Assembly: GCA_934725355.1 (NCBI GenBank)
Contig: CAKVAO010000002.1
Coordinates: 73,714 to 137,713, forward strand
Source of the DNA: an uncultured Candidatus Saccharibacteria bacterium
GTDB lineage: Bacteria > Patescibacteriota > Saccharimonadia > Saccharimonadales > Saccharimonadaceae
DNA length: 64,000 nt
Direction: 5' to 3'
The notes under the pieces: generated by a model
Told to the model about the DNA's origin: nothing
The model's database searches: none
Seen by the model: the letters and a program-made list of their open reading frames with translations, nothing else
Shown here: one piece after another, positions 1 to 7,815 of the stretch
Numbering within the stretch: position 1 is the first letter of the stretch
Layout of the letters: every line of letters starts with the position of its first letter
Position numbers and translations under genes: made by a program

Positions 1-630
1 GTATGCATATTCGCGTACGCCAAGGAGTGCGCTTTCTAAATCGTTACAACTTGAAAGATGATCCATCATTCGGTGTGTAACTTTATCTAGCATTTCGACA
101 AGCTTATCGCTAATAACTAAGTACTTGGTGTTTTTTATTTGTTCTCTCAATATATAGCAATCATAGTCAAGCGAACGAAGGCTATGGTATTTATCAAAGC
201 ACTCCTTGATGCCAGCAACGTCGTTGTCGTCGACTTCGGTGAGTATTAGTTGATGTTTTGAGGTAGGATCAACCTGGAAGTAGTGCCATATTTCATTGAA
301 CAGTACTTTTAGCTGATTGTAAACATGCTCTATTGTCAAATATAACGCCGCTCTGTTGTAGGCCATGTTAATTCTGACAACTCTAGATGATACGGACATT
401 TCAGCGGATTTGTCTACTGACTTGCGCAAACTATCCATAACCATCAGTCCTTGATTAACAAAGCCAAGGGCACGACCAAAATAGAAACAGGATAGGATCG
501 CCTCGTCGACCTCGCTAAGCGGTGTCTTACTCTGCATATAATACAAATTCGAGCCGATTTTGTACATGTCATGTCTAGTGAATGGTGCCAAAACGTAGTT
601 TAGCGACTTGCTCGATATCCCATTTGTCAT
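1..630 (-). CDS. hypothetical protein, N-terminal 210 aa only (3' end beyond window start)
   Basis: Minus-strand frame is open from ATG (630-628) to the window edge. GGAAGGA Shine-Dalgarno (complement of 637-643) lies 6 nt upstream. Own translation starts MTNGISSKSLNYVLAPFTRHDMYKIG. No recognisable motif. Confidence 0.55.
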   Translation of the reverse strand, partial: MTNGISSKSLNYVLAPFTRHDMYKIGSNLYYMQSKTPLSEVDEAILSCFYFGRALGFVNQGLMVMDSLRKSVDKSAEMSVSSRVVRINMAYNRAALYLTIEHVYNQLKVLFNEIWHYFQVDPTSKHQLILTEVDDNDVAGIKECFDKYHSLRSLDYDCYILREQIKNTKYLVISDKLVEMLDKVTHRMMDHLSSCNDLESALLGVREYAY

Positions 631-694
631 GGTAGTTCCTTCCTAATGCTAAGGTGCTAATACAAGGTAAATCTTACCACATTCTAGTAAACAT

Positions 695-724
695 ATCAAA
701 AGGCTCGCCGAAGCGGACTTTATG
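695..724. repeat. degenerate second copy of the tRNA-Leu terminator segment
   Basis: atcaaaaGGCTCGCCGAAGCGGACTTTATG (695-724) versus atcaaaaaaGCCCGCCGAAGCGGACTTTATG (760-790). This is an imperfect ~30-bp direct repeat with 65-bp periodicity. Confidence 0.6.
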
Positions 725-762
725 TGCTGATGTCGGAGTATTATCCGTATTGCTCGACAATC

Positions 763-786
763 AAAAAAGCCCGCCGAAGCGGACTT
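763..786 (-). terminator. rho-independent terminator downstream of tRNA-Leu
   Basis: Minus strand reads AAGTCCGC-TTCG-GCGGGCTT followed by TTTTTTGAT. That is an 8-bp stem with a UUCG tetraloop and a U tract. Confidence 0.7.
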
Positions 787-802
787 TATGCTTGTAACGA
801 TG

Positions 803-887
803 TGGTGCGCGAGAGAGGACTTGAACCTCCACGCCCGAAGGCATATGCTCCTAAGGCATACGTGTATACCAATTTCACCACTCGCGC
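803..887 (-). tRNA. tRNA-Leu (anticodon UAG), long variable arm, CCA encoded
   Basis: Reverse complement folds by hand as GCGCGAG/TG/GTG-AAATTGGTATA-CAC/G/TATGC-CTTAGGA-GCATA/TGCCTTCGGGCGT/GGAGG-TTCAAGT-CCTCT/CTCGCGC-A-CCA. Confidence 0.9.
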
Positions 888-984
888 TAACTGGTTACTC
901 TCATAGTATACATAACTATTTGTTATAACGCAATAGGCTATAGCATAAATTTATATAATTTAGCACCAATTGTATTAATTAGCG

Positions 985-3900
985 TTAATTAGCACTAATG
1001 CTAAAGAACCGGCTAAAGAAGTCGCATAGCTTTTGGTATACACGCCGACGCAACTTCTGGCGTTCACCATTAGGGCTAAATATATCCGTTGGTGGCAGAA
1101 TGCTATCAAATTGCATACCAGTTTCACTGACTTCACCCTCTGAAAAGGCGTCGTGCATTAGGCGATAGGTTTTGTCGTGATCTAGGCGTTCGTCGCTGAT
1201 AATCTGATCTAGCTCACGCGATTTGGCACTGTTGATGAATTCTTGCCAGCTACGATAGATATCACCAGTATCGCCGTTTAAGCTGGCGATAAAGCTTTCG
1301 ATTAGGTCGCGCTTGTTGTGTAGCTCCAAGCTTGATTCAATGGCGCGGTCAATGTTAATCTTGATGTCCTTGTCTTGTTGATTGCTCTCGTGGTACTTCT
1401 CGATCAGAGCCAGTATATAGTCGATGTTAATATCAAACGACTTCACTAGTTCCATCTCGAACACTACATCATCGGCGATGTTGACTCTATCGGGAGTCTT
1501 TTGGTCATGGAGTTCGCGGTAGATTTCAATATAGCGACTTCGCTGGTCTTGTAGTTCGCGTGGACTTAGAGCATCAGCGGATTGAAAGTCATCAAATGCC
1601 GTCAGGATATTGCGCGCGCGCAGAATGTTGCCAAACAATTTTACAAAGGCGATCTTCTCTTGCTCGCTAGCTATAAGGCTATCGCCCAACGGATATTTAT
1701 CGCATAGTTCGGCAATCAGCTCGTTATAGCCTTTCTGGTGGTGACCGTGCTTGTCAGTATAACCATCCATGTAATCCTTGAACGAACGCAATAGTACAAT
1801 GCCACTGGCGTCCTTGTCGCCGAATAGCGACAGTGCGTCCTTGGTTGCCTGCTCTAGATTGCGGAAGGATACGATATTGCCGTAAGTCTTGATAGAGTTC
1901 AAAATGCGATTAGTGCGGCTGAAGGCCTGAATTAGTCCGTGCATGCGCAGGTTTTTGTCGACCCACAGCGTATTCAAGGTAGTTGCGTCAAAGCCTGTCA
2001 GGAACATATCCACTACGATTAGCATATCTAGCTCGCGGTTCTTCATGCGCAGGCTAATATCTTTATAATAATTTTGAAACTTGTCTGACGAGGTGTCATA
2101 GGATGTGTTAAACATCTGATTATAGTCCCGAATTGCACTCTCTAGGAAGTCGCGGTCGCTCTGGTTTAGTCCGTCAGTGCTGTCGCTATTCTCGTCTGCT
2201 GTCATGCCGTTTTGCGCATCGCTAGGATCATCGGCATTAGGCGCATAACTGTAAATCAGCCCGATTTTTAGCCTTTGTGCTTCAGGTAGGTTGGCCTGCT
2301 GGCGCTTAAACTCATCGTAATATAGCTTTGCTGCGGTTAGTGAGCTGGTGGCGAATAGCGAATTAAAGCCATTTAGGTGCGTTGTCTGCTTTTTCTCGTT
2401 CGCCTTGCCGCGCCCTGCTCGTGCGACGTCGCTGATATTTACGAGTCTATTGAATTCGTAGGTGCCGATGTTGCGTTTAGTCTTGACGTCAAAATTGCCC
2501 AGGATATATTGCACAATAGCGCTGATTCGTTGAGGTGCTAGCATTGCCGACTCTTTGTCAATACCGGGAACCTGTTTGTCTTCGATGTTGCTAGCGATGC
2601 GCGCTTGACCGACATAATCAAATTTGAATGGCAAGACGTTCTTGTCACGAATGGCGTCGACGATAGTATAGGTGTGTAGGCGGCGACCAAAGGTCTGCTC
2701 TGTTGTTTTGAAGTTAGGCTGTCCTGCCGTGCTAGCGTTCGCTGCGAATATCGGTGTGCCTGTAAAGCCAAATAGATAATAGTTCTTGAAATGTTTGCGA
2801 ACCATCTGCCCCATGTCACCGAATTGGCTACGGTGGCACTCGTCAAAAATCATCACGACCTCCTTCTGCATCGCGGCGGAGTGCTGATTCTGCTTAATGA
2901 AATTAGACAGCTTTTGAATCGTGGTAATAATCAGTTTTTTGTCGGGCTGGGTGCTCTCTAGCTGGCGCGTTAGGATGCGTGTGCTGCTGTTGCTATTCGC
3001 GGCGCCCTTCTGAAAGCGGTCGTATTCCTTCATTGTCTGGTAATCTAGATCCTTGCGGTCAACCACAAACAAAACTTTGTCGATATAGTCTAGCTGACAT
3101 GCTAACTGCGAAGTTTTAAAACTAGTCAGGGTCTTGCCAGAGCCAGTGGTGTGCCAGATATAGCCGCCGGCTTCGATTGTGCCTGCCCTCTTATAATTAT
3201 GTGCGATCTCGATTTGGTTGATAATTCTCTCAGTTGCCACGATCTGATACGGCCGCATAACCATCAGGGTCTTGTCATAGGTGAATACGCAATAACGCGT
3301 CAGTATATTCAGAATGGTATGCTTAGCAAAGAACGTGCGTGTGAAGTCCATTAAATCGGTAATTGGACGGTTCTTGGCGTCCGCCCACCAACAGGTAAAC
3401 TCATAGCTATTGCTAGTCTTTTTGCCCGGCTTGCTGCTATTGGTTTTATTCTCGCTAATGTGGCGGTTGCGTGTGGTGTTGCTATAGTACTTTGTATAGG
3501 TGCCGTTACTGATGACAAAAATTTGTACGTATTCAAATAGACCGCTATCCGACCAGAAGCTGTCGCGCTGGTAGCGGTTGATTTGATTAAAGGCTTCCTT
3601 AATGTCTACGCCACGACGCTTTAGCTCGACATGCACCATCGGTAGACCGTTGACTAGGATAGTTACGTCATAGCGGTTGTTGTAGTTGCCGTTTGGTGCT
3701 TTGTATTGGTGGATGACCTGCAAGTTATTGTTGTGGATATGCTGTTTGTCTAGCAGGCGGATGTTCTTTAGCTCGCCGTTATCTAGCTGGAAGCTAATGG
3801 CAGTGTCGGCACGTTGTAGTTTCTCGGTTTTCTCGACGATACCTTCATTACGATTGGCAATACTGTTGTCGTAGAACCTGTGCCACTCATTGTCGTTAAA

Positions 3901-4122
3901 TGTAATATTGTTTAGGGTTTCTAGCTGTGTTCGCAGGTTGGTGATTAGCTCAGCTTCGGTCGTGATGTTTGGTCGCCCATAGCACTGCTTTGTTAGCTGA
4001 TCCATAAAAGCTCGTTCTAGCATCTCTTCGCTTTGGTAGGCCACGCTCTGCTCTGCAACGTGTTCGTATTGCGCCACTACTGTAGACTGGTCTGACTCTA
4101 CCACCGTCCTGTATTCGTTCAT
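985..4122 (-). CDS. hsdR: Type I restriction enzyme R subunit (HsdR)
   Basis: 1045 aa from MNEYRTVV. Helicase motif I is HTTGSGKT and motif II is FDECHRS, with a typical HsdR N-terminal nuclease region. The 45 extra N-terminal codons in the ORF track read through the 121-bp repeat, so the start is placed at ATG 4122. Confidence 0.9.
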   Translation of the reverse strand: MNEYRTVVESDQSTVVAQYEHVAEQSVAYQSEEMLERAFMDQLTKQCYGRPNITTEAELITNLRTQLETLNNITFNDNEWHRFYDNSIANRNEGIVEKTEKLQRADTAISFQLDNGELKNIRLLDKQHIHNNNLQVIHQYKAPNGNYNNRYDVTILVNGLPMVHVELKRRGVDIKEAFNQINRYQRDSFWSDSGLFEYVQIFVISNGTYTKYYSNTTRNRHISENKTNSSKPGKKTSNSYEFTCWWADAKNRPITDLMDFTRTFFAKHTILNILTRYCVFTYDKTLMVMRPYQIVATERIINQIEIAHNYKRAGTIEAGGYIWHTTGSGKTLTSFKTSQLACQLDYIDKVLFVVDRKDLDYQTMKEYDRFQKGAANSNSSTRILTRQLESTQPDKKLIITTIQKLSNFIKQNQHSAAMQKEVVMIFDECHRSQFGDMGQMVRKHFKNYYLFGFTGTPIFAANASTAGQPNFKTTEQTFGRRLHTYTIVDAIRDKNVLPFKFDYVGQARIASNIEDKQVPGIDKESAMLAPQRISAIVQYILGNFDVKTKRNIGTYEFNRLVNISDVARAGRGKANEKKQTTHLNGFNSLFATSSLTAAKLYYDEFKRQQANLPEAQRLKIGLIYSYAPNADDPSDAQNGMTADENSDSTDGLNQSDRDFLESAIRDYNQMFNTSYDTSSDKFQNYYKDISLRMKNRELDMLIVVDMFLTGFDATTLNTLWVDKNLRMHGLIQAFSRTNRILNSIKTYGNIVSFRNLEQATKDALSLFGDKDASGIVLLRSFKDYMDGYTDKHGHHQKGYNELIAELCDKYPLGDSLIASEQEKIAFVKLFGNILRARNILTAFDDFQSADALSPRELQDQRSRYIEIYRELHDQKTPDRVNIADDVVFEMELVKSFDINIDYILALIEKYHESNQQDKDIKINIDRAIESSLELHNKRDLIESFIASLNGDTGDIYRSWQEFINSAKSRELDQIISDERLDHDKTYRLMHDAFSEGEVSETGMQFDSILPPTDIFSPNGERQKLRRRVYQKLCDFFSRFFSISAN

Positions 4123-4128
4123 GGCTAT

Positions 4129-4134
4129 ATTATA
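4129..4134 (-). promoter_or_regulatory. putative -10 (TATAAT) 6 nt upstream of hsdR ATG, no SD (leaderless-type)
   Basis: Minus strand reads ttgttaTATAATatagccATG. Confidence 0.4.
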
Positions 4135-4148
4135 TAACAAAGATAACC

Positions 4149-4269
4149 AAAGTCCCTTCTTGGTAAAGGGGCAGATTTGGCGCACGATATTGGATGCCGC
4201 CCAACTAAAGCCCCTTCTTGGTAAGAAGGGGCAGATGAAATTACGTAGTAATTTCAATCGGGGTTATTG
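4149..4269. repeat. 121-bp direct repeat, copy A (between DUF559 gene and hsdR)
   Basis: Identical to 4793-4913 except 2 mismatches (t/c at 4153/4797, t/c at 4206/4850). Contains hairpins 4152-4172 and 4210-4232 and the inverted repeat GAAATTAC-gta-GTAATTTC (4237-4255). Confidence 0.95.
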
Positions 4270-4622
4270 ATAGACTGATATTCAAGTAGTCTATATAGAT
4301 ATCGACACACGCCATCAAAATTATTCATTAATTCATTATTGGGTATTCTCAGGACTTTAACGCCATATGCAGACAATTCCTTTGTACGGTTAGCGTCATA
4401 CGCCATACCGTGATCCATATAGTGCTGCGAGCCGTCCAACTCTACAACTAGATGTAGCTTAGGACAATAAAAGTCCACGATGTATTTACCCATCGGCTTT
4501 TGCCGATACCAATGTACGGGGAATTTTAGCAGGCAGTCATACCACAAATGTCGCTCTTCCCTTGTCATGTTGCGACGAAGCTCCTTGGCGCGCGCCATGT
4601 TTGACGTATTGTGCATACGCAT
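4254..4622 (-). CDS. DUF559 (PF04480-type) endonuclease-domain protein
   Basis: The sequence AKELRRNMTREERHLWYDCL...WYRQKPMGKYIVDFYCPKLHLVVELDGSQH...RTKELSAYGVKVLRIPNNEL matches the DUF559/Vsr-like PD-(D/E)xK pattern as I remember it. The last 5 codons and the stop lie inside repeat copy A. Confidence 0.8.
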   Translation of the reverse strand: MRMHNTSNMARAKELRRNMTREERHLWYDCLLKFPVHWYRQKPMGKYIVDFYCPKLHLVVELDGSQHYMDHGMAYDANRTKELSAYGVKVLRIPNNELMNNFDGVCRYLYRLLEYQSINNPD

Positions 4623-4628
4623 ATATTT

Positions 4629-4637
4629 ATTTTAGCA
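4629..4637 (-). promoter_or_regulatory. extended -10 (TGcTAAAAT) 6 nt upstream of DUF559 ATG
   Basis: Minus strand reads aaaTGcTAAAATaaatatATGcgt. No SD is present. Confidence 0.5.
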
Positions 4638-4665
4638 TTTTACAATGTTCCCGGCATTGGCTGAG

Positions 4666-4782
4666 CCTCCCTTTGGTAAAGGGAGGTGCCGAGCGTTAGC
4701 GAGGCGGAGAGATTGTATTTTAGCACACAATATCCCCAGCGTGGCTGACGCCACTGCTTGCCCCTTTTTACCAAAAAGGGGC
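4666..4782. repeat. hairpin-rich spacer inside the cassette
   Basis: CCTCCCTTT-ggt-AAAGGGAGG (4666-4686), GTGGC-tgac-GCCAC (4741-4754) and GCCCCTTTTT-acc-AAAAAGGGGC (4760-4782). These belong to the same CCCCTT..GGTA..AAGGGG family as the hairpins in the 121-bp repeats. Confidence 0.85.
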
Positions 4783-4792
4783 CAAAGTCACT

Positions 4793-4913
4793 AAAGCCCC
4801 TTCTTGGTAAAGGGGCAGATTTGGCGCACGATATTGGATGCCGCCCAACCAAAGCCCCTTCTTGGTAAGAAGGGGCAGATGAAATTACGTAGTAATTTCA
4901 ATCGGGGTTATTG
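4793..4913. repeat. 121-bp direct repeat, copy B (overlaps 3' end of hsdS)
   Basis: See copy A. Contains hairpins 4796-4816 and 4854-4876 and the inverted repeat 4881-4899. The last codon and stop of hsdS (CAA TAA, 4913-4908) are the first 6 nt of the repeat. Confidence 0.95.
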
Positions 4914-5527
4914 TACCTTCTCTTTAAACGTCAACAGCTTATCGCGATAGTATTCGTATTGCTTTTGTCGAAGCGCTATCTCGGCAGGCAAGCCGTCGGT
5001 CAGGCTGGTTGTCATGGCGCTGAATTTGTCTAAGATGTTTTTTATGCGGTGCTGTTCAGATAGAGACGGTATGCAAATTTTGACCTTCTTTAGCCTATTC
5101 TTAGATACGTTAAATCTAGTCACGCCCATAGCAGTTTTTCTTAGCTGACGACGTAGAGTTCTACTGCGAAAAACGTATTTCACGAACCCTGGATCTATAT
5201 CGTTTAGGTTGTTAAACCTGTAGCCTACACTAAAGCTATTTAGATAAATATCATCACCTAAGTTGCTGTCAACGACTGAAGAATATGCAACCTCATCAGG
5301 CGTCTCTGACGATCCCGTAAATAATACATCGCCATAAATTACGCGCCTCTGTTTTTCATTGGCACCTATTGTTACGGGCTCGATGCAATCACTGTTAACT
5401 GCTAAGTTATTAAAGATACCGCTGTATGAAACGTACTTAGCGTTGCCGTATTTGCCGAAGTCCTCTTTGCACTTACCGGATAGACCGCCATAGAGCTGCC
5501 CAATGTCACCGAGGGTGAGAACACTCG

Positions 5528-5535
5528 CCCCCCCC
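5528..5535 (-). repeat. homopolymer G8 (C8 on plus strand) inside hsdS
   Basis: Direct count in ctcgCCCCCCCCtggt. Confidence 0.95.
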
Positions 5536-5616
5536 TGGTAACGACTTTAAGTAATCAAAAGATAATAGCTGGTCGCGGTAATATTCATACTGCTGCTTGC
5601 GCAAGTCCAACTCTGT

Positions 5617-5652
5617 CTGCAAAGCAGTCTGCAAAGCAGTCTGCAAAGCAGT
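5617..5652 (-). repeat. 3 x 12-bp perfect tandem repeat (CTGCAAAGCAGT) encoding (TALQ)3 in the HsdS central conserved region
   Basis: Direct reading of 5617-5652. The translation shows TALQTALQTALQ. Confidence 0.95.
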
Positions 5653-6148
5653 AAACTTGTCTAGTATGTCTACGATCTCCTGTTGGACAGGTAGTGGTGG
5701 CACGGGAATTTCAAAATCTTCTGTCACGCTCAATGAAATTTGCGGCATTGAACCCATTCCCGATGCTTCATCTCTAAACTTCTGAGTATTATTCTGTAAA
5801 ACATAACATAAATACTGCACACTTACGGTGTTTTCATGTGTATAAGCCCACATTTCATTCTTGAATGTAAAAGGTTTATCGCAATACACGAAATCAATGA
5901 CACCTCTTGACTGTACAAGCACAGCAGGAACCCTTGTAATATTGGCTTTAGGAATATCCTTTTCAAAAGCATTTATCACAGTTTTCCCACCAGCAAAAAT
6001 TCGAACATCGCCATTTTCATCAGCAATTTCTTTCATTTTACTCGCGGTGATTGGTGTACCCCGTAAACGAGTATATACACCACTAATTTTCTTGTATTCC
6101 ACCCCATCGGGACAAAGTTGATTGATTAAATCACCAATCTTACTCATG

Positions 6149-7702
6149 CTAAACCTCCAGATCCGCAACGATGGCGTCAATTTGGTTGCGCAGTGTTGCC
6201 TCACGGGCGACAATATCGCTCAGCTGTTGGTTTAGGTCGTCGATATTGATCTTCTCGCGCGTGTCACGCTTCTCGACATAGCTACTGACTGCCATATTAT
6301 AGTCATTCGCAGCGATGTCGCTATTGCCAACTAGCTTTGCCTCGTAGTCTAGATTGGCGCGCTTGTCATGTACATTCATGATATAGGTAATGTTATCGTC
6401 GCTCAGCTGGTTCTTGTTGCCTACGTGGACAAACTGCTGACTAGCATCAATGAACAGCACACTGTTATCAGACTTGCTCTTCTTTAGCACCATTATACAT
6501 GTTGCAATCGACGTGCCAAAGAATAGGTTGTCAGGCAGCTGAATCACACAATCGACATAATTATTGTCGACTAAGTATTTGCGAATCTTTGCCTCGGCGC
6601 CTCCGCGATACAATACACCCGGAAATTCAACAATCGCCGCTGTACTATCGGTCTTTAACCACGATAGAATGTGCATGGTAAATGCCAAGTCGGCTTTGGA
6701 TTTTGGTGCCAGCACGCCAGCTGGGCTGAAACGTGGGTCGTTAATCAGGACTGGATTAGAATCGCCTGCCCATTTGATACTGTACGGCGGATTAGAAACG
6801 ATGGCGTCAAAGGGTTCGTCATCCCAGTGGCGTGGCTCGATTAAAGTGTCTCCACGGGCAATATCGAACTTTTCGAAGTTGATGTTATGCAGGAACATAT
6901 TGTAACGCGCTAGGTTATACGTAGTCGGGTTGATCTCTTGACCATAGAAGCCATTTGACACATTGTCTTTGCCGAGGATCTTGGCGAACTTTAATAGCAG
7001 TGAGCCTGAACCACAGGCGGGGTCGTAGACCTTGGCTAGACGTTGCCGCCCAGCAATGGCGAGTTTAGCCAAGAGTTCACTGACTTCCTGCGGCGTGAAG
7101 AATTCACCACCGCTCTTGCCGGCGTTGCTGGCATACATGTTGATTAGGAATTCATAGGCGTCGCCAAAGGCATCGATTTGGTTGTCGCTGTAATCGCCCA
7201 ATGGCAAATCGCCAACGGTATTAAGGATTTTTACTAGACGCTGATTGCGCTCGACCACGCTACCACCTAGGCGGTTGCTGTTGACGTCGATGTCGTCAAA
7301 CAATCCCTTGAAGTCATCCTCGCTCTTACTGCCCTTAGCTGAGCCTTCGATGTCTTTGAAAATCTTGGTAATCGTAATATTCAGGTCGGGGTCTTTGGCT
7401 GCCCTGCGGCGAACATTTACAAAAAGATTGCTAGGCAAGATAAAGAAGCCTTTGGTCTCGATGGCTACCTGGCGACCACGCTCGGCAATGTCGTCAGATA
7501 GGTTACTATAATCAAAATCGGTCTTATCTGCCTCAGCTTGGCGTGCGTTAAAATAGCTGGTGATGTTTTCAGAGATGAAACGATAAAACAAAAAGCCCAG
7601 CATGTATTGTTTGAAATCCCAACCGTCTACGGCGCCACGTAATTCATTTGCGGCGCGCCAGATAGTCTTGTGTAATTCAGTGCGTTGCTCGTTACCACTC
7701 AT
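6149..7702 (-). CDS. hsdM: Type I R-M N6-adenine DNA methyltransferase (HsdM)
   Basis: AdoMet motif is VYDPACGSGSLL and the catalytic motif is VSNPPYSIKW, with an HsdM N-terminal domain. Start is placed at the third codon of the track ORF (MSGNEQ, ATG 7702), because an extended -10 lies exactly 6 nt upstream. ATG 7708 is the alternative. Confidence 0.9.
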   Translation of the reverse strand: MSGNEQRTELHKTIWRAANELRGAVDGWDFKQYMLGFLFYRFISENITSYFNARQAEADKTDFDYSNLSDDIAERGRQVAIETKGFFILPSNLFVNVRRRAAKDPDLNITITKIFKDIEGSAKGSKSEDDFKGLFDDIDVNSNRLGGSVVERNQRLVKILNTVGDLPLGDYSDNQIDAFGDAYEFLINMYASNAGKSGGEFFTPQEVSELLAKLAIAGRQRLAKVYDPACGSGSLLLKFAKILGKDNVSNGFYGQEINPTTYNLARYNMFLHNINFEKFDIARGDTLIEPRHWDDEPFDAIVSNPPYSIKWAGDSNPVLINDPRFSPAGVLAPKSKADLAFTMHILSWLKTDSTAAIVEFPGVLYRGGAEAKIRKYLVDNNYVDCVIQLPDNLFFGTSIATCIMVLKKSKSDNSVLFIDASQQFVHVGNKNQLSDDNITYIMNVHDKRANLDYEAKLVGNSDIAANDYNMAVSSYVEKRDTREKINIDDLNQQLSDIVAREATLRNQIDAIVADLEV

Positions 7703-7708
7703 GCTCAT

Positions 7709-7717
7709 ATTATAGCA
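7709..7717 (-). promoter_or_regulatory. extended -10 (TGcTATAAT) 6 nt upstream of hsdM ATG 7702
   Basis: Minus strand reads gaTGcTATAATatgagcATGagt. Confidence 0.5.
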
Positions 7718-7815
7718 TCTATGGTTATAGACATTTTATTAAATGCTTCAGGTTTTGTGGTAAAATGATAACGTTAATAGCGAGTAAGCGAGATAAGTGA
7801 GGAAATAAGGGAAAT

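Larger units (their letters stand above)
4908..6147 (-). pseudogene. hsdS: Type I specificity subunit HsdS, split by a +1 frameshift at a G8 tract (two ORFs: 5506-6147 and 4908-5183)
   Basis: ATG at 6147 lies 1 nt after the hsdM stop, with GGAGG upstream. TRD1 is followed by the central conserved helix (LDKFTALQTALQTALQTELDLRKQQYEYYRDQLL). After G8 the frame stops at 5506. Hand-deleting one G gives an uninterrupted 412-aa two-TRD HsdS ending [18 protein letters not shown]. Confidence 0.9.

Noticed and set aside
695-790. Direct repeats near tRNA-Leu as attL/attR of an integrated element
   Set aside because: The repeats lie only 65 bp apart, contain no tRNA 3'-end fragment and enclose no genes. 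No integrase is present. They are best explained as a duplicated terminator hairpin.
724-906. 60-aa plus-strand ORF
   Set aside because: It is the antisense reading of tRNA-Leu and its terminator. The tRNA fold is unambiguous.
4123-4257. 45 extra N-terminal codons of the hsdR ORF in the track (MKLLRNFICPFLPRRGFSW...), and the 70-aa ORF 4640-4852
   Set aside because: Both simply read through the hairpin-rich 121-bp repeat and spacer, giving Pro/Arg/Gly-rich nonsense from the CCCCTT/AAGGGG stems. The conserved HsdR sequence starts at MNEYRT, which has a TATAAT 6 nt upstream.
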